A DNA stretch of 64,000 bases from Psammoneis japonica. Its lineage: Eukaryota. The stretch's first letter is position 1; each line of letters starts with the position of its first letter. Below, in pieces: positions 25,601 to 38,892 of this stretch. The translations under genes and the position numbers were made by a program. The stretch is taken from contig QPGO01000226.1 of assembly GCA_008632985.1 (NCBI GenBank), positions 1 to 64,000 of the forward strand, written 5' to 3'. The notes beneath the pieces are model-generated. The model did no database searches. It worked only from the letters and a program-made list of their open reading frames with translations, and was not told the DNA's origin.

Positions 25601-28600
25601 AATGCTCCATTTTCTTTGAAGTTGACGGCCCCTATCGTTGCATGGTCCTTCCGGCCAGTACCGAAGAAGGGGAAGCTTTTGAAGAAGCGATACGCCGTAT
25701 TCAACTTTGACGGTTCACTTGCCGAGCTAAAGGGATTTGAGCTGAAGCGACGAGGAGAACTTGAGTTGATTAAGACTTTCCAGTCGCAGGTGTTTGAACG
25801 ATTTCTCGATGGAAACTCTCTTGCCGAATGTTACGATAGCGTTGCGGAAGTTGCTAATCATTGGATCGACGTGTTGGATACACGTGGTGAAAGCCTCGAG
25901 ACGGACGAGCTCGTCGACCTCATTAGCGAGAACCGAAGCATGAGTCGCCAGCTGGAAGACTACGGCGACCAAAAGGGAACTTCGCAGACCACGGCGAGAC
26001 GTCTTGGAGAGTTTTTGGGAGCGGAGATCATCAAGGATAAGGGTCTTAACTGCAAGTTTATCATCGCAGAGCAGCCGTATGGTCTCCCAGTGACGGAGCG
26101 TGCCATCCCAACTGCTATTTGGAAAGCCGAGCCCGCAGTTATGAAGCATTACCTGCGAAAGTGGCTTAAAGCACCCGGTCTCAACGACGACGACTTTGAC
26201 ATTAGAAATGTACTGGACTGGGAATACTACGCGGATCGTTTGGGGAAAACTATTCAGAAGATTATCACTATCCCGGCTGCGCTGCAAAAGGTGTCCAACC
26301 CCGTGCCGCGTGTGCCCCATCCGGCGTGGCTGGATGCAAAGGTCAAGCAGCTGAATGATCGCTTCCAGCAACAAAGTATTTTGAGCATGCTTACGGTCAA
26401 GCCGGTGGTGAAGAAGGCAGCAGCTCCGGCGTTGGGAGATATGGAAGATTTTGGCTCAACTGGTAACCGTTCAAAGCGCCCCGTCGTTCATGCTGCACGA
26501 CGAACTGAACGCGTTACGGCTCAGAAGTCCCCGGAAAAGGCCACCGATACCACAAGCAATGCCCGTATAGAGCTGTCTCAAGAAAATTTTGGTGGCTGGC
26601 TCAAGCATAAGAAAGCTCAATGGCGAAGTAACAGAAAACGCCTGAAGCAAAGTGGCAACAGCTCTACGCGGAAAGGATATCCTGCAATCGCGAGCGCCGT
26701 ACAACCTGCAAAGAAGCCTAAGCATCAAGTCAGCAGCATGGAAGGATACATACGAGATGCTACTTTGGCCCGTAACCGACACGAGTGGCATGTCATTGAA
26801 GCTCGTGAGTTATCCAAGTCAGAAACTGGTTTGTCATCAAACGGAGAGTTTCTGCTGTGGGTCATGGTGGGAAATGAATCGCTCCTCAAGGTACATGTGA
26901 ACGTCCCCCGTGTTTTGTACGTCACAACGCTTCAAGAGATCACGCATGATTCTGCTAACATCATTTCGATGAAGCGATTAGAGAAGCATCTGCCACAGGG
27001 AAAGAGCTCAGCATTCACATACGAGATTGCAATGTCGGAGCACGTTTACAGAAACAAGAAACGGTCTAAATATCTACGTCCCGTCACTTCAGCTGGGATC
27101 GAGGACGAGTCGTCGCGCCGCGAGGCTGTCCTAGAGAGCATATATGAAACTGGGACTCCATTGATGTTCCGTACGTTAATGGATTTGGGATGCGTGCTCA
27201 GACTCTCACCATCTGCCGCGTCCCAAGACAGGAATCGCAAGTCTTACGCATTGTCGGATTTACAGCGCGTCAACCGTCCGGCCGAAGGAGAGTATCTTAG
27301 CAAACATATGGCGTACAAACGAATCTTTATTTATGTCGCTACGAATACAAAGTTCAAGACAGGAATCGTGGCCATGTTCGAGATGGACGGTGGCAAAGGA
27401 GAAAACAGGCCTGATGTGACACGGCCAGATATGCTTGAGAAACAGAGTTTTCAAATGAATTCATCCTTGACGGTATGGGTAGTTAAGCCAGGGTCTTCCC
27501 GAGGGCAGAAGAACTTATCAATCAAGAACTGCGAATCCTTGTTCGCGCAGCTACTGGAAACGATCACGGACCTTTCGAATGAAGCGGAGGCTTCCGGCCA
27601 GAAGTCTGAGTACAGCAGTCTATCCCCCGGGAGCTACTGTAACATTTCGGAGTTGAAGTTTGTCGACAGTGACAAGCAAGCGTTTTCCGGCGTCAACGAG
27701 GTGCTCAGCTCGTACGGCCAATCTAATCAAGGTCCTACATTTGTGCTCCTCAATAGCAGCAAACCGTTGCCGTACCTCCGTCGCGCAGTTCCAAGTTTCA
27801 ATTCGTTCCCGATCATCAGTTTGCCTTTTCCACCTGGTCCTACCCACAACCCTTCTTCGATGAATCTGCCCGCATTGAATTGGGAGCCAACGGCAGTGCA
27901 GCTCTGCATGGAAGCATACTTCTACATGGGCGTTGTTTCCTTCCCCAAGCGCGTCTCTTATGCCAGATATGGGCAGGTGCCGGTTGGAAATCTCGATCAA
28001 GATGAAACTGTTACATTGTACGACGTTGGATTTGGTCGCCAGCTCCAAATAACTCGGACTATATCGTGGGCAAGCGCGACTCATCCTGACTTTGGAATAT
28101 CGTTTCTCCAAGGTGATTGCGAAACCGATGAAACTTCCAACCTTTCGAACCAAAACGAAATTTGGGGCGACGATGATGAGCTCATAGTCCGGTTGTTCGT
28201 CATCCTGGCTCTTATCGTTGTGTTTGCGCTGAAATCGATATACAAGACCTGGCAATTGCTGCCCTGACGGATGCTGCTGCTGCCGCTACTCTTCCTTCTG
28301 CTATGAGCCAAGCGGGCAACCCTACGTCACCGAGCAGCGTTACCATGTTTGATTCCTCATTTGACGGAATGAATTCCAAGGCTGCGGGACCCCTGGGGGA
28401 CGAAATGTCAACATCCGTATCACTTCCGATTCTGCGTGTATTAATCGGAGCTTGGCTTCACGACGCCTTCGAAGCAAACAGTCAAGTTGCAGACGACATG
28501 CTCCATAACGTGTATCGTCTTGTGTCGATGCCAGAGCCACTATTGAACGACCCTGCTCTCCATCGAGTGATCCATCTCGTTGATGAAAGCGACTTTCTTT

Positions 28601-29866
28601 CGACTTCTTGGTGAACTGCAAAGACTTGGTTGTCATATCGTTTGTGCGACATTTCGCAAGGTGATAGTCGCTACGAATAAGAGTAGCCTCTCCGACGCTG
28701 AGGAGTATGTCAACTTTGTCATTTCTACGATTCGAAATCGAAGCGGAGCATCCGAGGGTAACCCGATGCTTGCAGGACTAGGTCGCATTGAGTTGCGTGC
28801 AAGCACCTACTTCTCGCAATATCTCTTTCTTGACGAATACAACTACGGTGGGATTCATCTCGAGCGCCGTCAGCTGGAGGAGGGCGAAGAAATCGATTGG
28901 TTGATTCCAAGTGAAGACGAGGGCGGTATGCCAATCGTCCCAACGGTGGTAAGCGGCTGGAACATGATGCATTATTTAGGGAGCGAAATTGCGCAAGAGT
29001 ACTTCCGAATCATTATTGGTCGCTTTTCCAAGGATGTTCTCCGGAAGCAGATTCACCCTGAGGAGCGAGATGAAAACGTTATGTTGGAGGACGACGCTCT
29101 AAATAATTACAAGAGGAAATTGATATCCAAGCACTTTGCTAACTACCTGACCAGAGCTGTGGGAGAGATCGAAGAGGAGGGAGGAGGGCCGGAAAGTTTT
29201 CCAGAATTACCCGGATCGCATCTCGTGCTCACCAATCCTACCTTGGAATTCATCAAGAGCGTCATGGTTGTATTGGAATTGGATTCCGACGTACAAAAGG
29301 AAGTACACGTATTGAAGAAGAGCTTGCTAGCTCAGACAGGGTTAAGGAATATTCCAATGCTGCCAAGTGGGAAAATCCTTGCGCCTCTTTCGTCTTACCT
29401 GACGTGTTTTGTATGGAGTGTCATGAATGTCGTGACGTGAATCTCTGTGATCTACCGCCACTGAATGAAGAAGAGAGAACTCAATTGGTAAGTCTCGTGG
29501 ACAGAACTTGTAATCGTTAGTGGCGTGTCTACAGTGTATCTCATGTGGTCGACTCCTTCTTCGTTACAGAGACAGTGGGAATGTGAAGACTGCGGCACCC
29601 CGTACGATTCGCAGGACATAGAACGAAGACTTGTAGATCTTTGCAATCGAAAAGCCATTCGTTATCAGTTGCAGGATGTGCGGTGCACCAAGACTGGTGC
29701 AGTTGGGACGAGAGCCATGTCACGGCAATCCGATTGTTCGGCTGAGCTACAGCTGGACATCCCTCGGGAACAGGCACTGTCGCAGTTGAAGATTATCAAT
29801 AATCTTGCTTCGTTTCATGGCTTGGAATGGTTGGCCGAAATGACGCAAGAGCTGCTCAAACTCTGA
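22634..29866 (+). CDS. POLE: DNA polymerase epsilon catalytic subunit
   Basis: Exonuclease motifs AFDIECTK and YNGDFFDWPF; polymerase motifs YHLDVGAMYPNIILTN, KCILNSFYGY and ELDTDG; C-terminal Cys motifs. Introns 22889-22979, 24578-24651, 29488-29569. About five single-base frameshifts (~24272, 25670, 28187, 28578, 29340). Confidence 0.97.
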
Positions 29867-30440
29867 TTTAAAGCGCAGATGCACAACGAGGTGGCGAGTT
29901 CAGATGGTATACCGTGTCTCCACTCTAGAATCCATCGTTGACAATCTCAGCAAGATTTCACATTTTTTTAGAAGTTAGGTATGAATATGTAAATAAGGAG
30001 ACTTTCGCTTTGACCTCTCGGATCCAGGTCCATGGCCACTAGCTCGCTGGACCGACACTCGTCGTTGCGTTTGCATCTCAGCTTTCGAATCAATTTCATT
30101 GCAGAAAACACTTCTAAACTAGATAATGTCCATAATGAGTGATTCCCAATCTCTATCTTCTATGCCTCAATTATCCTTTTCTACGAACATCGCCTACGAC
30201 GTGCTATAATAACTACCTCTACTCTACCGGTAGGCACAAAAAAATGCAAAGCCACAGATGTTGCAGCCAGCATGGCACCTACGCTATTGTGGACACGAAT
30301 GACACACCGTCTTGCGCGCCAGGTTGGCATTTTTTGCCAGAGAGCAACAGGAGCGATGACAACGTCGAACCAAGCAACTCCGAGACGTCTTGTTCGGTGT
30401 GGATGGGAGCTTGAGTTAAGTCTATATTCTATGTCATTAT

Positions 30441-32277
30441 CTATTGAAGTGCATTCATTTCCTTAAGCTCTTTCATTAGCGACAGCTGCGATGTGATGGG
30501 CGCAATAGTATTGGCGGCGATGGTTCCGCTGGCCGCGACACCTGGGAGTCCGATACCCGGAAAAGAGCTGTCCCCACAAGCATAAAGATTTTCAATTGGT
30601 GTCGTTGCACCTGCCAGTTCCCAAACGTCCTTGCCAGGATTGACTCCCGGACCGTAGGTTCCCTTGTATCGCTGGTTATACCTTCGATGTGTCAAGGGAG
30701 TGCCAACCAGTACGACACTGCCTGGTCGCTTCGCTCGTTCTCTAACATCGGGAATGACGCACTCAACAGCTTTCCATAAAGCCTCGGCCTTCTGAGCCTT
30801 AAGTTCTTCGTAACCTTCTTTCTTGTTGTAGGCCTGAGAAGTACCAGAGTTTGGACTGGAGCCAACTTTTCCAGTCTCGTCCTGAAACCGCACCCACTCG
30901 TCAAAGCTATCGCTGGCAGCCGTGTATGCATGTACAATGTGATAGCCTTTGGGAGCGAGACTTTCGTCAAAGACGGTTGGAATGGAAATGATGGACATGT
31001 TTTGTTCACTGGTAACGGGAAGGTCAAAATTCAAAACCGAATGGTGGCATTCTAGTTCTGGCCGCCCTTCTTTGGGAATGCCCAGGTGCAGATGCATAAA
31101 GCTTCTTGTGTAGCTCATTTCATCAGCTTGTTTCTGAATTTTGTGGCACGCCTTTGTTTTCGGATTCTCAGCATCATCTAGATTGACCGAGTCTTTTAGA
31201 ATTCGTGCATAGTTCCAAAGAGGCGCATTGCTGACAACTCCATGCTTGGCCTTGATCTTGGTACCGTCCGACAACTCCACTCCAATGCACCTCGGTTTCT
31301 CCGATTCCTCGTCAAACAAGAACCTTTCGACTCTTCTATTTACACGCAGCTCCCCACCATGATTCTCCATTCCCTTGACAAGTGCTTGTATAAGAGCATC
31401 CATCCCACCCATGGGATAGTCCAAAACCGCACCCCGCTTGTGCAGGTCTGACATCATGTATGCGACCGGAGCTCCTTGTGTGTTGGAAGCATCCACTCCA
31501 GAGAGGGCAAAGGCCAAGTAGTCGAACCATTTGCAAAGAAACGGGTCTTTAAGGTCGTATAGGTCCATTGTATTTGTAAAAGGGCCAGTGAGAAGTAGAC
31601 CCTTGGTTCCAATGCTCATCAATTTGAGTAGGTACTGAAACATGGAAATCACAGCTCTAATCCCCCCACGAAGAGCAAAAGGAGGAATATACGCCGATAC
31701 TTGAGCCAGTCCACCCTCTCCTAATATTTCATTTCTAAACTTTTCAAATGCCCTTCGAGATTCCGGTCCTGCCTTTTTTTCAATGGCCTTTTCAAAGTCA
31801 CCACCGTCTCCGGCAGTCATCTTAAATGCCTCGCCGTCTGCATAGTCGTGGATCAACCAGCCGTCGTATTGTTTCCAGTCGACATCATTCGCGGTTCCAA
31901 TCGCATCCAGCACCTGTCTCAAAGGATTGGTACTCTTGGAGGACAATCCAGTAATCAAGGACGGACCGGAATCAAAACGAAACGGAACATCCTTGGAAGC
32001 GGTGCTGTATCTGGAAAAGGAATGAGCCACGCCGCCGGGTGTGTCGTGTGCTTCCAAGCAGACAGTTTTAAAGCCATATTTGGATGTGAGAGCGCCACAA
32101 GACAAACCACCGAATCCGGCGCCCACCACAATTACATCCACCACCTCCTCTTTCCTCCACACTCTCGTCTGATGCAGAAAGCCGAGATGGAAACGAGCGG
32201 CCCCACCTTTGCTTGGGCGGCGCAAACGCCTCGACAGAAAGCACAGTCAGCGCCAATGCTAGATACCTCCGTAACAT
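30441..32277 (-). CDS. Plastid-targeted FAD-dependent carotenoid isomerase / phytoene-desaturase family (CRTISO-like) protein
   Basis: Bipartite presequence ...SVEA-FAP; VVGAGFGG dinucleotide fold; FDSGPSL; GTPLTHRRY; CGDSSFPGIGLPGVAASG. One frameshift near 32170. Confidence 0.88.
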
Positions 32278-32529
32278 GGTTCAAGACTCTTTTCCTCGGA
32301 TGAGAAAAATGCAGATATGCATGTGTGCTTCTTGCGATCCAGTTGACTTATGTTCCATGGTGCCATGCTGGCAATCAATGTACCGGCACAGTTTTTGGGG
32401 GAAAAAGAAGAAACGGCAAAATGAGTGACGTTTCTGTCGCAGTCATTCGCGCAATGCAGCGCGGGGGTGCGACGTCCAGACGGCCTTTAAGATTTGTGTG
32501 TATGTGTGTGCAGTCAATGCGGTTTTCAT

Positions 32530-33600
32530 GTCCATGACTTTGGTTGTCGCATTGGCTGAATCCACCATGTCTTGGTTTGAGGTCTGTGGAAGAAGCCAAT
32601 GGTGTTTTGGCACACCACTGGACCCTCTCTGACTCCCACACCAGGACACTGCGCTCTTGAGCAAACATGGAGAGAAAAACCAGCTCTCGCCACACCCTGT
32701 CCTTGAGAAATGTGGCAACCACGTCATCTGCAAATCAGGGGTTAAAACACATTTTTTCCCTTCTCACCTCTGGCAAGCTCTAGAGGACAAAAGAAAGGAT
32801 GACAAAAAAGCTTTTGACCTTCTTTTTTGTCACAGACTCGATGGTGCATGATTTGTCCTCCTCCACAAGATGGGGTCACAGCATCCAAAAAGAGCAGGCT
32901 TGTCAGGCAAATTTTGCATTTCAACTTGGTCGGTGGTGTTGCAATGTTGCAGCTTGCCAACTGACATGCACTCAGTGTCGCCGATCCCCAAACTCACTGC
33001 GTGGGTTTCAAACACATTTCCAGTGCCCCGTTGCCATGTCAACCAAGTGCAGAAGCTGAAAAGTGAGTGCAAGACCCACAACTCACAATGAGTTGTCAGT
33101 GCATCATCCACTGCAATGTCGTCTGTCCTGCAAAAACCACCTCACACTGATGTTCCAACACAACACACTCTCGCTCCTTTGCATGAGCTGTCAGTCGAGT
33201 TGAAACCATGCTGTCCAAGAATGCCATGTTGACTGCCTTGTCAATCCCCATGGCTGACATCATCCAACTCCACCAACGAACAATCGTCAACAAAGAATTT
33301 GTGCTGTTTTTGATGAAGCACAAAGCTGTGGCTTCAAAACCTTCAGCAGATGCTGCCTCCACCATGATGTGAGTTCGACGCTGCTCGCAAATGCACACAC
33401 ACAAACTCTCTCCCAATCACAACTTGGTTTGAGTTCTTTACATCTGTGCAGTCAGCAGCTCCACTCTCCATTAGAGAGAGCTTTGCACTCCTGCACCTGT
33501 GATTGCATGCTGCAGTTTGCATTGTCCAGAACGTCTGAACAATCGTGGTGTTTCACAAGGTTGGCCCGCTTGGGCAAATTTGCTCAGCGCTCAGTTCCAC
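32530..33600. mobile_element. Unclassified decayed repeat island
   Basis: Abrupt TpA/CpG-poor, TG/CA-rich kilobase between two normal genes. Confidence 0.45.
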
Positions 33601-33735
33601 GTTCCACTCACTTCGTCATCGCATTATTAGGGGCCCTACCTCTCTGTTAGTTGTGCCAAGTGGCATTCTTTTCCAAAGAAACAAGGCGTGAACAGCTGAT
33701 TTGCTCTCTTTACGTTTGGCTCTAAATTGGGAATA

Positions 33736-34613
33736 ATGATGTCTCCGACGAGAAGGCAACGCGCTTCGACGGCCGCTGCTTTCCTGTCACTGTTCGCCTT
33801 TTCAACAAACATTCGATCAATTAGTTCATTCGTCACCTCACCCCAACATGCACCGTCGTCAAATCATATTTTTGCCCGTCCTCTGAACGAAGAAATTGAG
33901 GATTCCAGTCAGAAACGTGCGCAACAGAAAAGAGCTCAAGGAGGAGGAACAGGCGAGACTGTGGCAGGGGCTGTGTTGGGCGGGCTGGTTCTGGGCCCAT
34001 TTGGCAAGTTTCAATGTTTGGTTTGATGCCCGTCGACATGCTACATCGTGAATTCTCACATTAAGTATGCTGGTTCTCCCGTGGCTAAGGAGCGTTGTTT
34101 GGCGCCCAGCTTGGCGCTAGTTTTGGGTCAGCTCGAGCCTTGATAAGGCCAGGAAGGAAGAGATGGAGAAGCTTGGAATCACAAAGAAATGTTGGAGATG
34201 GCGGAAGAGTGCGGGGCTGCCCTTACTCGTAGCATTGATGGACTGAAAGCTACACGAGAGAGCCTGGAAACTCAGCAGAGATTGCTCGCAAACTAGACAA
34301 TGCAGCCGAGCAATTGTACGAGAAAGCGCAAACAGCCATCGCGTCGTCTGACGAGGATGGGGCTAGGAATTATCTTTTTGAGCGACAGCTGACGCAAGAG
34401 AAACTAAAGAAAACGCTTCGATCATGTGCAGAAGAACGGAAACGTTTAGAGATAATGGAACGCAATGTGGAAGCTCTCGAGCAACGAGCAATGGAAGTGG
34501 AATCTCTGCTTCGGCGAAGTGCAGGAGCGAAGTCACTACAAGATTCTTCGGACTTTTCTTTGTCGAACGACGACCCCTTGCTCCAAAAGTTTCGTGACAT
34601 GGGTATTGACTGA
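33736..34613 (+). CDS. Probable plastid-targeted coiled-coil protein with glycine zipper and PspA/IM30-like C-terminus
   Basis: Hydrophobic N-terminus with ISS-F; GAVLGGLVLGPFG-ALFGAQLG zipper; EKAQTAIASSDEDGARNYL; DPLLQKFRDM. Intron 34004-34089; a few frameshifts at 34140-34290. Confidence 0.65.
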
Positions 34614-35106
34614 ATGAATTACAGAGACTTTTGCCTACGGAATACAAGGTGCTCTTTATTATTCTCGTTTCATATTATTCCCGGCGGGACTATGGTAGTC
34701 TCTTTAGTCTACATCCTTCACAAGTGTGTCCCACATAAAATCAAATGCTAAGGATGTCATGAATGCTGACTGTTTGGCATCCGCAGCTCCGCCATGGCCG
34801 CCTTCTATATTTTCGTAGTAGTAGACAGGCCAGGACTTGTCCAAGTCCCATAATTTCTTTACCATTTTTCGAGCGTGACCAGGATGGACGCGGTCATCAC
34901 GAGTGCTTGTAGTGAAAAGGATTGGAGGGTATTTCTTGTTTGGATCGATATTGTGGTAAGGGGAGTATTTATGCAAGAAGTCATCCCAGTCGCTTGTGTC
35001 TGGATCCCCATACTCAGCCATCCAAGATGATCCAGCTAAGAGAATATGATACCTTTTCATGTCAAGGAGTGGGACAGCGCAGTGAATGGCCCCCGAAAAG
35101 GTCTGG

Positions 35107-35730
35107 CATCGCCCAAGCCATCGACGGCCTTGTCAATGGGAATGGAACCTCCGTAGCACAAGCCAGTTTCGTCCGTGTCGTATCCTTCAAACTGAAGGTG
35201 CTTGATGTCTTCCGGGTTCGACTCGCCTAGAGCCATGGCATCCACATCCATTCCACAGTGCTTTAGAACATCTCGAATCTTGACGCCTCCCCACTTGGCG
35301 GTACTCATGGCGCCGACTGTAGAACGTGAAATTTTGGAGTCAGAATAGGAGTATAGAAGTCACTTTAATTCATCACGAGAAAAAAGAATACATGCAAGAG
35401 TACTCACCAACCCAGTGAGGAGCAATGAAAATCTTGTGATCATCGTTATGCATGTCCTCGCGCCTGTTTCCGGCACACTGCAACGTGGTGACAACTTCGT
35501 GCTTTGGAAACTTTGTTTTTAAATCCTCCAAACTGAACTTGTGTTTCTTAATGGCCTTGCCCTTGACTACCAAAACATATTCTTCTGGATCGATATCGGG
35601 GACCGCCAAGTGATTTCTGACATAAAATAGTTCGTTTGGAGTAATGTAGTCCTTGGTCAAAAGATCAATACGAGGTTCTCCGCACCACGGCTTTTGCGTG
35701 CAGGGCAAATTGTTTGGATCACGAATCGGA
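35107..35730 (-). pseudogene. Internal fragment of a sulfite oxidase (Moco domain) gene, with intron
   Basis: ITPNELFYVRNH, TLQCAGNRR, GAMSTAKWGGV, YGGSIPIDKA; GT-AG intron 35317-35407; truncated at both ends. Confidence 0.85.
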
Positions 35731-35899
35731 ATGGACCATGTACGTGCTCATGAAAGGAATCATCTCCCATGATGATTCGCGAGAATTGAAACTGATCCTT
35801 GTGACTTGTTTCCATCAAGGTAAACTAGCAATACAGTTAGTAAAGTAGTGCATACAGGATCTTCTATCTTAACAAAACTTTTTTCGAGCAAGACGACTA

Positions 35900-36066
35900 C
35901 AGCGAGAATATGCGTCTCCGGTATTGGATGGAATGGTTCTTGCAAAATACGGAAAGTTCTCTCGGTTATCGAGTTCAGCAGACGTGGAGAGAAAACTGAT
36001 TTGCGGCAATTCATACGAGACACCGCCTAATATTCCCAGTGGAAGTGACACTGCTGCCCGCTCCAA
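35900..36066 (-). pseudogene. Fragment of an ANF-receptor-type (class C GPCR-like) ligand-binding domain
   Basis: LPQISFLSTSAELDNRENFPYFARTIPS resembles the PQISYASTS...FPYF.RT.PS motif. Confidence 0.7.
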
Positions 36067-37205
36067 TCATGGCAACCGGAAGAGGTGTTTCGAGAGAATG
36101 TTGTGGAGCGTGTGCCTCCAGCATTTGTCTCGACGCTTGAATCTAACTGAATTCGGCTGTAAAGTAAATGTTACAGTCTCGTAGTCGCTCATCTCTAGAT
36201 CTTCCACCAGTGCAGGATCCAGGATTTGGGATTGCGTTCGTTCAAATGCTTCATGGCGAGCAAGGCGCTCCAAAAGCACGACCGCCCAAAGTACGTAGCT
36301 AAGAAATGCGCGCTAAAATCTTCACGCAACACGCAACACACATCAAGCCCAGCACACACTTTCTCGCGTTCGCCGTCGAATCGCAAGGAAGTTAGCATTG
36401 CTTCATTGACACCTCTTCTTTCGTCGTTGTACTACATAGCCAACTCTTTCAAGGTAAGAACTAACCATTTCAATTGTTTGTCGGAGTCTCGAACTATTGA
36501 TTCGGTTTGTGTCGTCAGTGGGAGCTGTTTTGGCTTTTCGCGCGCGGCATCTTTTGTTTCGTTGCTATCAACTTCGCCACCTTTTGAACCATCGCGACAT
36601 TGGCATGCATGTGTCGTCATCATATTGTTATAATCACTGTTTCGATACCGTCTTTTCAACGTTCGAAAATCCCGACATTCCACCATGGGTCCATGAGGTT
36701 CCGTAGACTTTTGATTCTACGGGTGTAATCGTCCACGCTTGTGAATCATTCATTTGATTGTTGTATCAAGGCGACGACGCACGTCTCGTCGACATGTTGT
36801 TATTATCTTTGTTTGATACCGTCAATTGCAAGTTTGGTATTTCCACGGCCATGGACCATTGTTTCCCTGGCGGAATTCTGATAATTGTCGACTCTGTTGA
36901 TGGATTCATTTGGTTTTTTGTTGTATGCATACAACGACGTTTGTCTCTACCTTGTATTCGTCTTGTTGATGACTTTGGTTCAAGGGTCGGTGATGCGGTT
37001 TATTGGCATTTTGGGAGCGCCATTGTCCCTCCGAAACGCGTTAATCATGGACGAGCTCGTGACTTGTGTTTTTCCATCCACTATTGCCCCGATCTCGCGC
37101 GTCGTCGCGTGACCTGCTACACTGATTCCATCTGGGCGATCGTCCTACTCGAATGAACTTTCAGTCTCGTCTTGGGACTGAATACACGACTAACAGGATC
37201 CTTTT

Positions 37206-38444
37206 TTGTTCGTCTGCTCTTCGTACGGACCACCCGTGTTCAGATGCCATCTTTTTTGTCGTTGTCCCAGATGTGAAGATCGCCCTCAGGGAAGAAGAAT
37301 GCTTGCAACACATAATGGAAAAGGAACTCACGCATTGTATGGGCAATGGCGCAACATATGTGTAATCGCAGAAGGTCTAAAGGGACAGCTTGTCCCTCAC
37401 CTGCAAGCTTTGTTTTTTGAGAGGTTACGAGAGTCCAGTGCTACATTGAAAACAAATCCCGCCGACATACTACCAAACAGAAGAGAGTGGGAGAGAGAGT
37501 GCGGAGATGAGGATATTCATCCTACTGTATCCGAAATTTTTCGTGGTACAAACCCCGACCAGTGGATGGGCAATTTTCGCTCCTGCATGAAGGTTTGGAG
37601 CATCACGGTGAAGGTGGATATTCGTGGATGTGCCCCAGATGACAAGAATTCCCAAACAGTACAAAAAACTGAAGAGCAGAGGGAGAGAATGAATGTAAGA
37701 GAGAGGAGACCCGGTGCAAGTGTCTATGCAGGTTCTCTAGATGGTTTGAGATACTCCAGTCATTATGGTGTTACGGTCAACTCCAACAACGGATCACGGT
37801 CTCGTTCCACGACGAGAGAGTCTATTAAACGTTTATCCAAACGAATCAAGACTTCAGAGGATGCGGCTATAACCACCTTGTTGCTTCAAGATGCAAATCC
37901 ATCTATTGCTATGGATCTTGAAGCCCAGTTGTACAAGAGAGATCCTAATTTACTTCCAGATGATGAGAAAGAAGATTTTCTAGTGTCGCTTGACTTGCCG
38001 CCGACTCTTGGTAGAAAGATTCGCTTCGAGGACATGAAAGGAAAACACACCATCATGCATATGACACTAACTGAACCAATGGGTCCAAATTGGCGTCGTG
38101 ACGAAAATGGAAAGATAGTGCTCCTCCCCAAGGAAGTAGTTGAAGACATCGATCGCACTTCTGAAGATTGGCATACCGGCTATTCTGTCATTTGGGGTAC
38201 GACTTCAGTACCAGTTGGTTTTTTACATCTAGAAAAAAAGCATGGTTGGAACAAGGTCGATCCTGCATACATTGCATTGTTCGAATCGGGTGATCCGAAT
38301 TGGCATCAATTCCGTCTTAGAAGTGGCTTGGTTAGGCCAAAACTTGCGCTTTATGGGATTTATAGTGGTGCCTTTGCCACGCCAGTCGCGTGGCTCAAAT
38401 ACACCCCAGGAAACAAGAAGTTTGAAGTTTACAATGTAGAGTGA
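37206..38444 (+). CDS. Hypothetical protein (412-codon ORF, first ATG 37299) inside the insertion
   Basis: Long open frame in DNA with normal TpA content; no motif recognised. Confidence 0.5.
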   Translation: MFVCSSYGPPVFRCHLFCRCPRCEDRPQGRRMLATHNGKGTHALYGQWRNICVIAEGLKGQLVPHLQALFFERLRESSATLKTNPADILPNRREWERECGDEDIHPTVSEIFRGTNPDQWMGNFRSCMKVWSITVKVDIRGCAPDDKNSQTVQKTEEQRERMNVRERRPGASVYAGSLDGLRYSSHYGVTVNSNNGSRSRSTTRESIKRLSKRIKTSEDAAITTLLLQDANPSIAMDLEAQLYKRDPNLLPDDEKEDFLVSLDLPPTLGRKIRFEDMKGKHTIMHMTLTEPMGPNWRRDENGKIVLLPKEVVEDIDRTSEDWHTGYSVIWGTTSVPVGFLHLEKKHGWNKVDPAYIALFESGDPNWHQFRLRSGLVRPKLALYGIYSGAFATPVAWLKYTPGNKKFEVYNVE

Positions 38445-38585
38445 ATTGGCAATGTGTGCTACCTTTCATTGTGGTTTGGTAAGGTGTGCTACCTTTGGTA
38501 GATGTTTCGTTTTGTCATCATTAAGTTGTAGATAAAAGTTTACTGCCAAGAGTGAGTCGCAACATTAGCTATTCAGTATTCAGTT

Positions 38586-38698
38586 NNNNNNNNNNNNNNN
38601 NNNNNNNNNNNNNNNNNNNNNNNNNNNNNNNNNNNNNNNNNNNNNNNNNNNNNNNNNNNNNNNNNNNNNNNNNNNNNNNNNNNNNNNNNNNNNNNNNN
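38586..38698. other. Assembly gap (N run)
   Basis: 113 consecutive N. Confidence 1.
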
Positions 38699-38764
38699 CA
38701 GAGGGTATGCGAGACAGTCTACCGTGGTGTTTGGTAGGGATGACGATAGGGGAGATGTACATCC

Positions 38765-38892
38765 AATCCGACGCCGCCTCCTACTCCAATCCGACCCCGC
38801 CTCCTACTCCAATCCGACCCCGCCTCTTACTCCCTGTCCGACGCCGCCTCCGACGCCGAGTCCGACGCCGCCTCCTACTCCCAGTCCCACCA
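38765..38892 (+). repeat. ~24-bp tandem repeat encoding PTPPPTP(N/S); fragment of a Pro/Thr-rich surface protein
   Basis: Repeated CCGAC(G/C)CCGCCTCCTACTCC units. Confidence 0.7.

Noticed and set aside
23727..28255. Long antisense ORFs over POLE
   Set aside because: Shadow frames of the coding strand with no independent motifs.
22634..29866. About five frameshifts in POLE suggesting a pseudogene, programmed frameshifting or a mutator allele behind the TpA loss
   Set aside because: Most are single-base indels at short homopolymers in an essential gene with intact catalytic motifs, and similar indels occur in most genes here, so sequencing error is likelier. A replicative polymerase defect would also not be confined to repeats.
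35057..35308. Functional sulfite oxidase-peptidase fusion gene
   Set aside because: Both parts are truncated and the peptidase part lacks its catalytic Ser; this is an insertion junction.
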